Shown in pieces: positions 1 to 8,761 of a stretch of 32,000 nucleotides of DNA (positions within the stretch are counted from its first letter, which is position 1; each line of letters starts with the position of its first letter). The notes beneath the pieces were generated by a model. That model was not told the origin of the DNA. It saw nothing but the letters and a program-made list of their open reading frames with translations, and did no database searches. Source of the stretch: Candidatus Helarchaeota ASGARD archaeon Hel_GB_B (lineage in GTDB: Archaea; Asgardarchaeota; Lokiarchaeia; Helarchaeales; HEL-GB-B); NCBI GenBank assembly GCA_005191425.1, contig SUPR01000033.1, forward strand, positions 1,857-33,856, in the 5' to 3' direction. A program made the position numbers and the translations under genes.

Positions 1-1042
1 ATAGTGTTTTTTTCTTGATTTCATTGAGAGCATTTTGTACTATAGCGTCAGTTTCACTTCCGTTAAAATCTGTAAAGAAATAATATTCCCATGGATTTTT
101 TCTACTTGGTCGAGATTCTAATTTTAAGAGGTTAATCTTTTTTTCTTCGAAGACTTTTAGTACATTAACTAGAGCGCCAGGTTCATGTTTTACTGAAAAT
201 ATTATTGAAGTTTTTTTAGGGTTATCGGAATCAATAGATTTATTTCCGATGATTAAAAAGCGAGTATAATTATTAGGGTTGTCCTCAATTCCAGAATATA
301 AGATTTGCATATTATACAAATCTGCAGCAGTTGATGTCCCAATTGCAACGCTATATGGGACTTCAGAAAGCATTTTAACAGCTGTTGCAGTGCTTTTAAC
401 TTCGAGTATTTTAGCTTGAGATAAATGGTCTTCAATAAATGATCTACATTGCCCAAGTGGTTGGGGATGAGATATTACATATTGGATCTCATTTAAATTA
501 TAGTTAAACTGACCAATTAAATTATGAGTTATCCGTTCAATTATTTCACCACATACTTTCAATGGAGTTTCAATAAGAAGGTCTAATGATTGAGAAACAG
601 GGCCTTCCATTGAATTTTCAACCGGAATTACGCCATATTCTGCGTTATTATTTTGTACTTGCCTAAATATACTAGAAATTGTTTTACATGGATAAAATTC
701 ATGGTCATTTCTTGTAAAAAATTTTTTAGTAGCATATTCCGAAAATGTCCCTTCAGGCCCCAAATAAGCAATGATACTTTTAGGTTGTTGCAATGCCCTA
801 TTTGCGGAAATTATTTCTTTATATATACTTTTAACTGCTTCTTGTGATATATTTTCTAATTTCATTTTAGAGATTTTATTGTAAATATTTTTTTCTCTGG
901 CTTGGTCAATTATCGGGATATTGTGTTCTTTCTTAACTATTGCAATTTCTTTTACGATTTTTGCCCTTTGGTCCAATAATTTACAAATATCTTGGTCAAT
1001 GATATCTATTTTTTTCCGTAATTCATCTAATTCTTTGCTCAA
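1..1042 (-). CDS. pheA: Bifunctional chorismate mutase / prephenate dehydratase (P-protein), 3' end outside window
   Basis: Not in the ORF track; translated by hand. It is open for 347 codons from TTG at 1042 to the window edge. N-terminal AroQ-type CM (LDELRKKIDIIDQDICKLLDQRAKIVKEIAIVKKEHNIPIIDQARE), then PDT motifs IAYLGPEGTFSE, GVIPVENSMEG, SHPQPLGQC and NYTRF, then an ACT domain (HEPGALVNVL, ESRP, WEYYF). AGTGATT lies just upstream, with an in-frame TAA at 1057-1055. Confidence 0.95.
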   Translation of the reverse strand, partial: MSKELDELRKKIDIIDQDICKLLDQRAKIVKEIAIVKKEHNIPIIDQAREKNIYNKISKMKLENISQEAVKSIYKEIISANRALQQPKSIIAYLGPEGTFSEYATKKFFTRNDHEFYPCKTISSIFRQVQNNNAEYGVIPVENSMEGPVSQSLDLLIETPLKVCGEIIERITHNLIGQFNYNLNEIQYVISHPQPLGQCRSFIEDHLSQAKILEVKSTATAVKMLSEVPYSVAIGTSTAADLYNMQILYSGIEDNPNNYTRFLIIGNKSIDSDNPKKTSIIFSVKHEPGALVNVLKVFEEKKINLLKLESRPSRKNPWEYYFFTDFNGSETDAIVQNALNEIKKKTL

Positions 1043-1350
1043 AATAATCACTATTTAAAAATTCATAATTATTATTTATAAATATAATATGTTAAGGAAA
1101 ATGCTTTAGGTTATGTAATAGGTATATTTTAAGGCTAAGATGATAAAAATTTTTATTCATTAGAGGGATATTCATACAATTAATACGAAAAACTAATAGT
1201 TTTATTTTATTTTATTTTTAATACTGTCGGTCAGTAATGTTTTTTAAAAATTGATTTACTGGAGAATATATTTTTATAAACTAAAAATTTCAAAAAATAT
1301 TTGCTAAATTCAACTTTAGTCAAAATTACTTTTTAGAGAATTTCATTAAT

Positions 1351-1809
1351 TTATCTTATTGGTTTTTCCTTTTTCCCTATAATTAAAGCATTTAGAGATA
1401 TTCCATTAACTTTAACTACTTTCCATCTTACACCAGGTAAATCTCCGATAGACCTGCCTTTTGACCCACCAATACCTTCTACTAATACTTCATCATGTTC
1501 ATCTACATAATTAAGTGCACCATCACCCGGTAAGAAAGCAGTTATTTGTTTTCCAGTAGCCACAAGTTGTATTCTTACACATTTTCTTATAGCACTATTT
1601 GGTTGCTTGGATTCAATTCCAACTTTTTCTATTACAATTCCTCGAGCTTGGGGGGCACCTCTTAATGGGTCAGTTTTAATGTCTAACCTTAAAGTCCTTC
1701 TTTTATAATTAATATCATGCCATCTGAATTTTTTTCTACGTTTTTTTAACTGGCGGCCTGCAAACTCGCCCCGTGGTGATTTTGATCTTCCGATTTTTGA
1801 CACATCCAT
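1351..1809 (-). CDS. rps12: 30S ribosomal protein S12 (uS12)
   Basis: Archaeal/eukaryotic-type uS12 motifs: [50 protein letters not shown]. Confidence 0.98.
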   Translation of the reverse strand: MDVSKIGRSKSPRGEFAGRQLKKRRKKFRWHDINYKRRTLRLDIKTDPLRGAPQARGIVIEKVGIESKQPNSAIRKCVRIQLVATGKQITAFLPGDGALNYVDEHDEVLVEGIGGSKGRSIGDLPGVRWKVVKVNGISLNALIIGKKEKPIR

Positions 1810-2344
1810 TAAATTTGTTTATATTATATTTAACTTCACATTTTAAATTGAAATTAATTAAGATAAGTTCATCATATAAAACCTTAAAAATTTTTCACTT
1901 TACAAAAAATAAAAGTTTTTGACCTATTAATTTATTGCTTGAATCTATAGCGAGTTTTAAGTTTTTATGATAAAGCAAAATACAAGTAATTTTATTAATG
2001 AGAAAATTAGAAATGTATACTTAAATTATGGTTATTAATTCTTTATATTTTAGAATGATATACTAAAAAAGATATGTATTGTCAATCTTTATCATAAATA
2101 AGTTTCATTAAATTTAAACAAGATTTTCTTATAAATTCTCACTAAATACATAAAGCATTTTAGTTTTTTTAATGCAGATATTTTATGAATAAATAAACCC
2201 AAAATTTTTAATCCAATTTTTAGATATTCACATTAACAAATTTTTAAAAGAAAAAAGTAAAAATAAAATGAGCCGGTTTACAACGGAACAAAATGGAATT
2301 TAGGACTCCAATTAAAAAATAAAGCAAAATTATGTGAAAAATCC

Positions 2345-3466
2345 ATGCATATAGAAAAATATATTGAGGATATATATACTTGTAATAGGTCCAGGTGTGG
2401 CTTTTGTAGAGAAGAATGCCCTACATTTGGAGAGTTTCGGTTTGAAGCATATAGTTGTAGAGGCAGAATACAAATTGCACGAGGGATAATTGAAAAAAAG
2501 GTTCAATTTAGTAAAAATTTACTAGAAGCAATAAATATATGTACCACATGTGGGTATTGTGAATATAAATGTGCATTACATAATGTAGAAATTATTGAAG
2601 CGTTAAGAGCGGATCTTATTGAAAATGGCTTTAGAAATAGAGACCATGAAAAAGCCAAAAATTTTATATTAAAGAGTGGGAATCCAATTAATCAACCCAG
2701 GTCCAGCAGGGCTAAATGGGCTGAAAATTTAGAATTTGATAATAATTCATCCGAACTTTTTTTTGCAGGGTGTATTTATTCGTATATGTATCCGGAACGT
2801 CTAAAGAAGATGATTACAATTTTAAACAAGTTAGGGATTAAATTTAATTATTTAGGAGAAGAGGAGAATTGTTGTGGAGACTTATTATATACTACGGGTT
2901 ATTGGAATGAATTTAATCAATTAAAAATTGAGAATGAGAAGCTATTCAAGTCGAAAAATATTAAAAAAATAATAACGCCTTGTCCTGGATGTGCCAAAAC
3001 TTTATTAAAAACATATTCAGAGCAGTCGAATAAAAAATCTGAATTTGAAGTTGTCCATATAATCCAATATCTGGACCAATTAATACAAGAAGGAAAATTG
3101 CGATTTAAAAAGGAAACAAACCTGAAAGTGACATGGCACGACCCTTGTGACCTCTCAAGACATTTGAAAATAATTGAAGAACCGAGACGAATTTTAAATA
3201 GTATTCCAAGTCTTAAATTGATAGAAATGGAGCATAATAAATATAATTCAAAATGTTGTGGCGCAGGTGGGGGTATGTTAAATGCTTATGCGGATATAAG
3301 CATGGACATAGCTGAAAAAAGGTTGAGAGAGGCGGAACAGACTGGTGCAGATTATATAGTTACAAGTTGTCCCACTTGTGAATCTACATTTGAAAAAATT
3401 ATTCGATATGAAGATTCTGAGATGAAAATTTTAAATATTTTTGAGTTAATTGAGATGGTAATTTAA
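2345..3466 (+). CDS. (Fe-S)-binding oxidoreductase, HdrD/GlpC family (two 4Fe-4S motifs plus two CCG domains)
   Basis: CNRSRCGFCREECP and CTTCGYCEYKC ferredoxin-like motifs. CCG-domain signatures FFAGC...CCG...TPCPGC and TWHDPC...CCGAGGG...TSCPTC. Substrate is not assignable. Confidence 0.88.
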   Translation: MHIEKYIEDIYTCNRSRCGFCREECPTFGEFRFEAYSCRGRIQIARGIIEKKVQFSKNLLEAINICTTCGYCEYKCALHNVEIIEALRADLIENGFRNRDHEKAKNFILKSGNPINQPRSSRAKWAENLEFDNNSSELFFAGCIYSYMYPERLKKMITILNKLGIKFNYLGEEENCCGDLLYTTGYWNEFNQLKIENEKLFKSKNIKKIITPCPGCAKTLLKTYSEQSNKKSEFEVVHIIQYLDQLIQEGKLRFKKETNLKVTWHDPCDLSRHLKIIEEPRRILNSIPSLKLIEMEHNKYNSKCCGAGGGMLNAYADISMDIAEKRLREAEQTGADYIVTSCPTCESTFEKIIRYEDSEMKILNIFELIEMVI

Positions 3467-3527
3467 TATTCTAATTTCTGATAAATTGGAAAAAAAATAT
3501 AAATAAGAAATAGGAAATTTTAATTCG

Positions 3528-4520
3528 TTGAGAGTTAATATTTATATAGATTCGGGTACTCATATCGAATTAAAGGACTATAGAATAGTTATTGATCCGA
3601 CAAAAAAGTATGATGATGTTGATCTTGCAATAATATCGCATGCTCATAGTGATCATTATACTTCATCTATTTTTAAGACAGACTATCCTAAATTAATGAG
3701 TTTTGAAACTTTAGAAATTTTAAATTCAAGGATTAGAAAAGAATCAAATAAAATAAAAAATTTCCAATTAATTAAAGAAAATGAAACGTTAAAATTTGGT
3801 AAAAATAAAGAGGTTAAAATTACAGCTTATAATTCAGGGCATTGTGTGGGAGGATTAGAATTTTTAATAGAAATTAACGATAGAAAAATAGTTTATACAG
3901 GTGACTTTTGTTTAGAAAGCCGTCTCGGGTTTAAAAGAGGTAAATTAATTAGAGGGACCGATTTAATAATAGATTCCACCTATTTTGATGAACAATTTCA
4001 GTTTCCTCCTAGAAATCAAATATACTCAGATATTTTAAAATGGATAAAATCACGTCTAATAGACCAAAATCAAGAGCAATTGATAATATTTGGGAGAAGA
4101 TTGGGGACATGTCAAGAACTAACAAGGTTATTAAATTTTAGTACATTAAAAAAAGATTATAATTTGTCAATATATACACATCCTTTAGTATATTGGATAA
4201 ACCAGGTCCATTCAGACTATTACGAGAATTTAGGCGATTATGAATATTTGAAAAATCCTTTGAAAAATAAAACAGAATATGGTACAAAAGTAAATAAGGA
4301 TGGCAAATCAGTTTATATTGCACCGTTCTTTCTTTCTACTAGAAAGAAAATTGAAAAGTTATTCCCAGATTATAATATCGCTAATTTTGGATTAGTAACA
4401 GGGTGGACTATAAGCAATAGATTCTATATTAAAGGTTTTCCTTTGACTTCCCATGCAGATTATAACCAAATAATGTATTATAAATCCAAAAGTGGAGCTA
4501 AGAATGTTTATTTCGTATAA
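3528..4520 (+). CDS. Metallo-beta-lactamase fold (beta-CASP-type) nuclease
   Basis: HAHSDH (HxHxDH), SGHCVGG, YTGDF, IIDSTY and C-terminal FPLTSHADY motifs. The TTG start is required because the first ATG falls after the metal-binding motif. Confidence 0.85.
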   Translation: MRVNIYIDSGTHIELKDYRIVIDPTKKYDDVDLAIISHAHSDHYTSSIFKTDYPKLMSFETLEILNSRIRKESNKIKNFQLIKENETLKFGKNKEVKITAYNSGHCVGGLEFLIEINDRKIVYTGDFCLESRLGFKRGKLIRGTDLIIDSTYFDEQFQFPPRNQIYSDILKWIKSRLIDQNQEQLIIFGRRLGTCQELTRLLNFSTLKKDYNLSIYTHPLVYWINQVHSDYYENLGDYEYLKNPLKNKTEYGTKVNKDGKSVYIAPFFLSTRKKIEKLFPDYNIANFGLVTGWTISNRFYIKGFPLTSHADYNQIMYYKSKSGAKNVYFV

Positions 4521-4536
4521 ATATTAAAATCAAAAA

Positions 4537-6111
4537 TCAACTTTTAAATTTTGCTTTTTTTTCCGCTTGAAAATTATATAATTCCTTTATATCCTTAAGG
4601 GAACTTATTTCATTTACAGATTTGTCATTTCTAATATTTTTAATTCTTGCAAACCTTAATGCATAACCGCATTTATATTTTGAACTCTTTTGAATTTCAT
4701 TAAAAATTACTTCAACTACTATTTCAGGGCGGACAAATACAGTATTTTTTATTTGTTTTATTTTTAAATTCAATAATTTATTAGTTAATTCATCAAATTC
4801 TTTATCAGTTAAGCCTTTAAAGGTTTTACCGACCATTTTAAATGACTTTTGGTCTTTTACTGCTAGGTGATAATTACTGAGCCATTTATAACGACGCCCA
4901 GAACCCCAGTCAGCAGCAATAATAACAAGGTCTAGACTATATTCTTTTTTAAATTTTAACCACTCGTTATTTCTAGTACCTAAATAATATTTACTATTAA
5001 TTTTTTTAGCAATTATTCCCTCATTGCCTGAACTTATTGATTTTTGGAAAAAATTATCGATACTATTAAGGTCTGTTTCTATTATTGAGGACGCCATTTC
5101 TAGTCCTCGTGAAATTTCGTTCAGTTTGTTTTTCCTCTCTATTAATGGTAAATCAATTAATGGATTGCCATTAAGGTATAAAATATCAAAGAAAATGATC
5201 TTATATGCATAATTTTCGGAAGAAGATTTAAGATTTTTCTTAATTATATCTTGGAATGAAAATGGTCGGTTTAACTTATCTACTTTAATTAATTCTCCGT
5301 CCAAAATTACAGTTTTCGCATCAATGAGATGTTGTAAGTTAGAGATTAGATTTTTAAAACTATTAGTAATATCATTGAGTTTTCGAGTATATAGTTTGAT
5401 TTTATTTCCATTTTTATGTAATTGTATTCTAATTCCATCATATTTGTATTCAAAAATCGTTTGATTAGTATGCTTTTGTAGGATTTCTTGAATACTCGTT
5501 GAGATTCTTGCAAGCATTGGTCTGACTGGTGTAAAAACTTGAATTTGTATTTTTTTAATTGCATTTATTCCTTCATTTATTGCTTTAAACCCAATTTCTC
5601 CAATATTTCCAGAGATCATATATGAATTTCTAAGAAAGTCATAATCAATTTTTGATGCCTTTGCAATTGCTTGTAAAATAATACCTTCTGAAGCCCCTAA
5701 CCTCAAATTTCCAGTAATAATGTTAAACAAATATCTTTTTTCAACTTCAGATAATTGCGAAAATAAGCTTAATAATAGTTTTTTCTTTTCTTTTACTGAA
5801 TCTTTACCTGAAATTTCAGAAATTTGGTGTAATGAGCTGTAAATATCATTGATATAAATTTCTTTTTTAAAAAGGACTTTTTGGTCTTTAAATTGAGTTA
5901 ATAAATTAACAATCGAATTATAACTTAAATTTAATGGCTTGTTTGTTTTGTCTATAGAGATTCTTCCATTTAATAGAAGTATAAAATTTTTAATCTCATT
6001 TTTATCAAGTTTTAAAAGAAAATTTTTAATCAATTCAACTTTTATAGTTTGTTTTGCTTGTTGCTCTAAATCGATGCATAATTTTGTAAAGTCTAAAAAT
6101 TTAGTAGGAAT
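4537..6111 (-). CDS. lig: ATP-dependent DNA ligase (DBD, adenylation and OB domains); probable start at ATT 6111, upstream of the ORF-track TTG at 6033
   Basis: EYKYDGIRIQLH (KxDG adenylation motif), EGIIAKK, WLKFK, DLVIIAADWGSGRR and ALRFARIKNIRNDK. The frame stays open 26 codons further upstream (IPTKFLDFTKLCIDLEQ...) to TAA at 6114-6112, with GGTGA 7 nt before the ATT. Confidence 0.95.
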   Translation of the reverse strand: MPTKFLDFTKLCIDLEQQAKQTIKVELIKNFLLKLDKNEIKNFILLLNGRISIDKTNKPLNLSYNSIVNLLTQFKDQKVLFKKEIYINDIYSSLHQISEISGKDSVKEKKKLLLSLFSQLSEVEKRYLFNIITGNLRLGASEGIILQAIAKASKIDYDFLRNSYMISGNIGEIGFKAINEGINAIKKIQIQVFTPVRPMLARISTSIQEILQKHTNQTIFEYKYDGIRIQLHKNGNKIKLYTRKLNDITNSFKNLISNLQHLIDAKTVILDGELIKVDKLNRPFSFQDIIKKNLKSSSENYAYKIIFFDILYLNGNPLIDLPLIERKNKLNEISRGLEMASSIIETDLNSIDNFFQKSISSGNEGIIAKKINSKYYLGTRNNEWLKFKKEYSLDLVIIAADWGSGRRYKWLSNYHLAVKDQKSFKMVGKTFKGLTDKEFDELTNKLLNLKIKQIKNTVFVRPEIVVEVIFNEIQKSSKYKCGYALRFARIKNIRNDKSVNEISSLKDIKELYNFQAEKKAKFKS

Positions 6112-6254
6112 TTAGATTTCACCAATTAAGAAATTTAATGATTAAAATATGATATGAACTATTCTAATTTTTTTAATTCGAATAATTACATAAGTTTATT
6201 ATTTTTAGGATTAAACATCTCTTAAAAATTTATATTAATTAAATATTAATTTGA

Positions 6255-7226
6255 TTAAAATAACTTTAAACCCTTAGGTAAGTTCCCAAAATTCTTTTCA
6301 AATCTATCAAAGAAGTTTTCTTTATCAAATAAATGACCTTGTCCGCCTGCATTCTCCACAATATAAGATCCAACTACGGATCCAACTTTACAACAATCAT
6401 AAAGATCAATGCTATCGACGATTCCGGATAATAGCCCAGACCGATAGCCGTCTCCTGCTCCTGTTGGATCTACAATTTTATTTGGTTTGGCGACACCAAT
6501 TTCAGATTTTTCACCATTGTCATATAGAATAGACCCTTTTTCGCCTAACGTAATAATTAATTTTGGAATTTGAGAAATTAATTTGCTTTTAGTATAATTT
6601 AAGCGCCTTCTTAATAACTCAAATTCATGTTCATTGACAATAAGAAAATCAATAGTTTTGACCAATTCATTTAATTTTTCTTGAGAGAATTGACCAATTT
6701 GCTGGCCTGGATCAAAAATTTCCGGGATTTTCAGACGTTTTAATTGATAATGAAATGATTCCATAGCATTAATAGGATTAGGTGCATTTATAGATATTTT
6801 TATATTATCAAATTGAGATATCTTGCGGAATAAATTAATTTTATAGGCGTTTTTTAAAGCTCCCGCATAAAAAATAATAATCTGATTCTTATTGGTATCA
6901 GCAGTAATATAACAACGAGCCGTAAAATCGTTTTCAGAAACATTGAACCTTAAATCAACTAATTTCGACTGCAGTATATTGGGATAGTTAGTCTGAAAAA
7001 AATCTTTACCAACGCTTGAAATACTGATCGAGTGCCTTTTCAAAAGACCGAGACTATAACAAATATTTCCAGCAGTCCCACCATATCTTATTTGATGCGA
7101 ATCGACTACTAATGCCATTTGCATATTTGTTTTGTTGTCTGATACAATTTGATTTAAAAAAAGGTCATTAAATTGCATGATATAATCAAAAGCAATAGAC
7201 CCAAGAACGAGAATATTATTCCTCAA
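6255..7226 (-). CDS. PfkB-family carbohydrate/nucleoside kinase (adenosine/nucleoside kinase-like)
   Basis: GSIAFD, GGTAGNI, DPGQQ, VNEHE, ITLGEKGS and the PfkB signature VDPTGAGDGYRSG. TTG start. Confidence 0.9.
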   Translation of the reverse strand: MRNNILVLGSIAFDYIMQFNDLFLNQIVSDNKTNMQMALVVDSHQIRYGGTAGNICYSLGLLKRHSISISSVGKDFFQTNYPNILQSKLVDLRFNVSENDFTARCYITADTNKNQIIIFYAGALKNAYKINLFRKISQFDNIKISINAPNPINAMESFHYQLKRLKIPEIFDPGQQIGQFSQEKLNELVKTIDFLIVNEHEFELLRRRLNYTKSKLISQIPKLIITLGEKGSILYDNGEKSEIGVAKPNKIVDPTGAGDGYRSGLLSGIVDSIDLYDCCKVGSVVGSYIVENAGGQGHLFDKENFFDRFEKNFGNLPKGLKLF

Positions 7227-7286
7227 CTATGTCATATCCAAATTTTTTAAATTAAAAGGTCGAATCAGTTTTAAAATTAATATAAA

Positions 7287-7721
7287 TTATTTTATAATAA
7301 CATCGGTAATATTGAAATGCCTTTTTGCAAGCATTCTAGCTTTAGCGATATTTCGACCATTTTTACCAATTGCAATTCCTCTATCTCTACTATCTACATA
7401 GATATTTGCAATTTGTTTATTGTCCCGAGAATTATTTATAATTATATTCTTTACTCGAGCCGGCGCCAAAGTGTTTTTTAAAAATTCTTCAGCGTTCGGG
7501 GCATATTCAACTACATCAATAGTTTTCTTTAAAAATTCACGAGCTCTTCTAATATTGGCACCTTTTTTACCAATTGCAAGTGCAATATTTCCCGGATTTA
7601 CTACAAAAACTATTCGGTCATCATCTTCATCGATTATACAATCTCTTACAGATGATCCTGTTATACTTTCAAAAATCGATATAAATCGAATCTCATTTCC
7701 ACCAAGTTTAATGCTGGCCAA
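7287..7721 (-). CDS. nusA: Archaeal transcription factor NusA (two KH domains)
   Basis: IRFISIFESITG...DCIIDE, AIGKKGANI, AIGKNGRNI. Lies downstream of rpl30e as in the conserved operon. TTG start with GGAG upstream. Confidence 0.96.
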   Translation of the reverse strand: MASIKLGGNEIRFISIFESITGSSVRDCIIDEDDDRIVFVVNPGNIALAIGKKGANIRRAREFLKKTIDVVEYAPNAEEFLKNTLAPARVKNIIINNSRDNKQIANIYVDSRDRGIAIGKNGRNIAKARMLAKRHFNITDVIIK

Positions 7722-8018
7722 TGTATTTTTACTCCAATTCCTTAAATTTTTTTATAAATAAATTACCAATTTGTTTATTTTTTTTAAATAACTTAAATTT
7801 TGATATTTAAAATTCTTTATGATACACATTTCTATTTTTTATCTTTAATAGGATATATAAAAAATATTCCATATTACTTTTTTATTAGTATTCGTTTTAT
7901 AAATTAACAATGATTCTGACAAATTCTTCATAAAGTTTTAGAGATTGTTACGAATATTTTCATAATAAATTACGAAATTATATTTTTAAATTTACTCATT
8001 TTTTTTAGGACATGGAAA

Positions 8019-8357
8019 TTATTCATTTTTTTCCAATAATTTTGTTATATCTGAGTCACCTTCAGATATTATCCCTAAAACTGAAATCATATAAGGTTTA
8101 CCGCATAAAAAACCTAAATCTAAGCTTGATCCTTTGAACTCATAAATATCTATTTTTGGTTCAAATTCGTTACAATATTTGTAGATATCAGATGCGATAT
8201 GGTCAGGACAATTACTTGCCTTAATGACCATTCTGACATTACCTTGTTTTATTGCTTTCAATGAGCGCTTACTACCAATAATTACTTTACCAGTCTTTAA
8301 GGTGATTCTAAGTGCGTTTTCTAAGTTAATGCTAGAATTTTGACTCATAATATTCAC
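8019..8357 (-). CDS. rpl30e: 50S ribosomal protein L30e (eL30); start at GTG 8357 or ATG 8348
   Basis: LKTGKVIIGSKRSLKAIK, ASNCP, GSSLDLGFLCGKPYMIS, EGDSDI. Canonical position between rpoA and nusA. Confidence 0.96.
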   Translation of the reverse strand: MNIMSQNSSINLENALRITLKTGKVIIGSKRSLKAIKQGNVRMVIKASNCPDHIASDIYKYCNEFEPKIDIYEFKGSSLDLGFLCGKPYMISVLGIISEGDSDITKLLEKNE

Positions 8358-8761
8358 ATTTTGTTAATTTTAAATAAATGTCAATTAAATTACTTGATTT
8401 TTAAATTTTTAAATAGAATATTTTTGAATTTTATTACAAGATTATCATTATTAAAGTTTTATTTCAATTTGATAAAATTGTAATCATTCTAAAAAATTTT
8501 TCTGAAATTATTTAGATTTTGAATTTTAGATAAATTTTAATGGTTAGTATAAATTATAAAGAACAATTTAGGTTATAATTATTTCTAATGTATGAATTAG
8601 CATAATTAAAATTTATCTATCAACCAGTTTTAAAGGATCATTATGTTAAGTATTTTAAACGTTGATTTTAGGTCAAATATAAGTAGTATTGAAATATAAA
8701 AAGCAAAATCATTTTAAAAAATATAAGAAAAAAGTTATGAGAAAATATTTGACCAAAAAAC

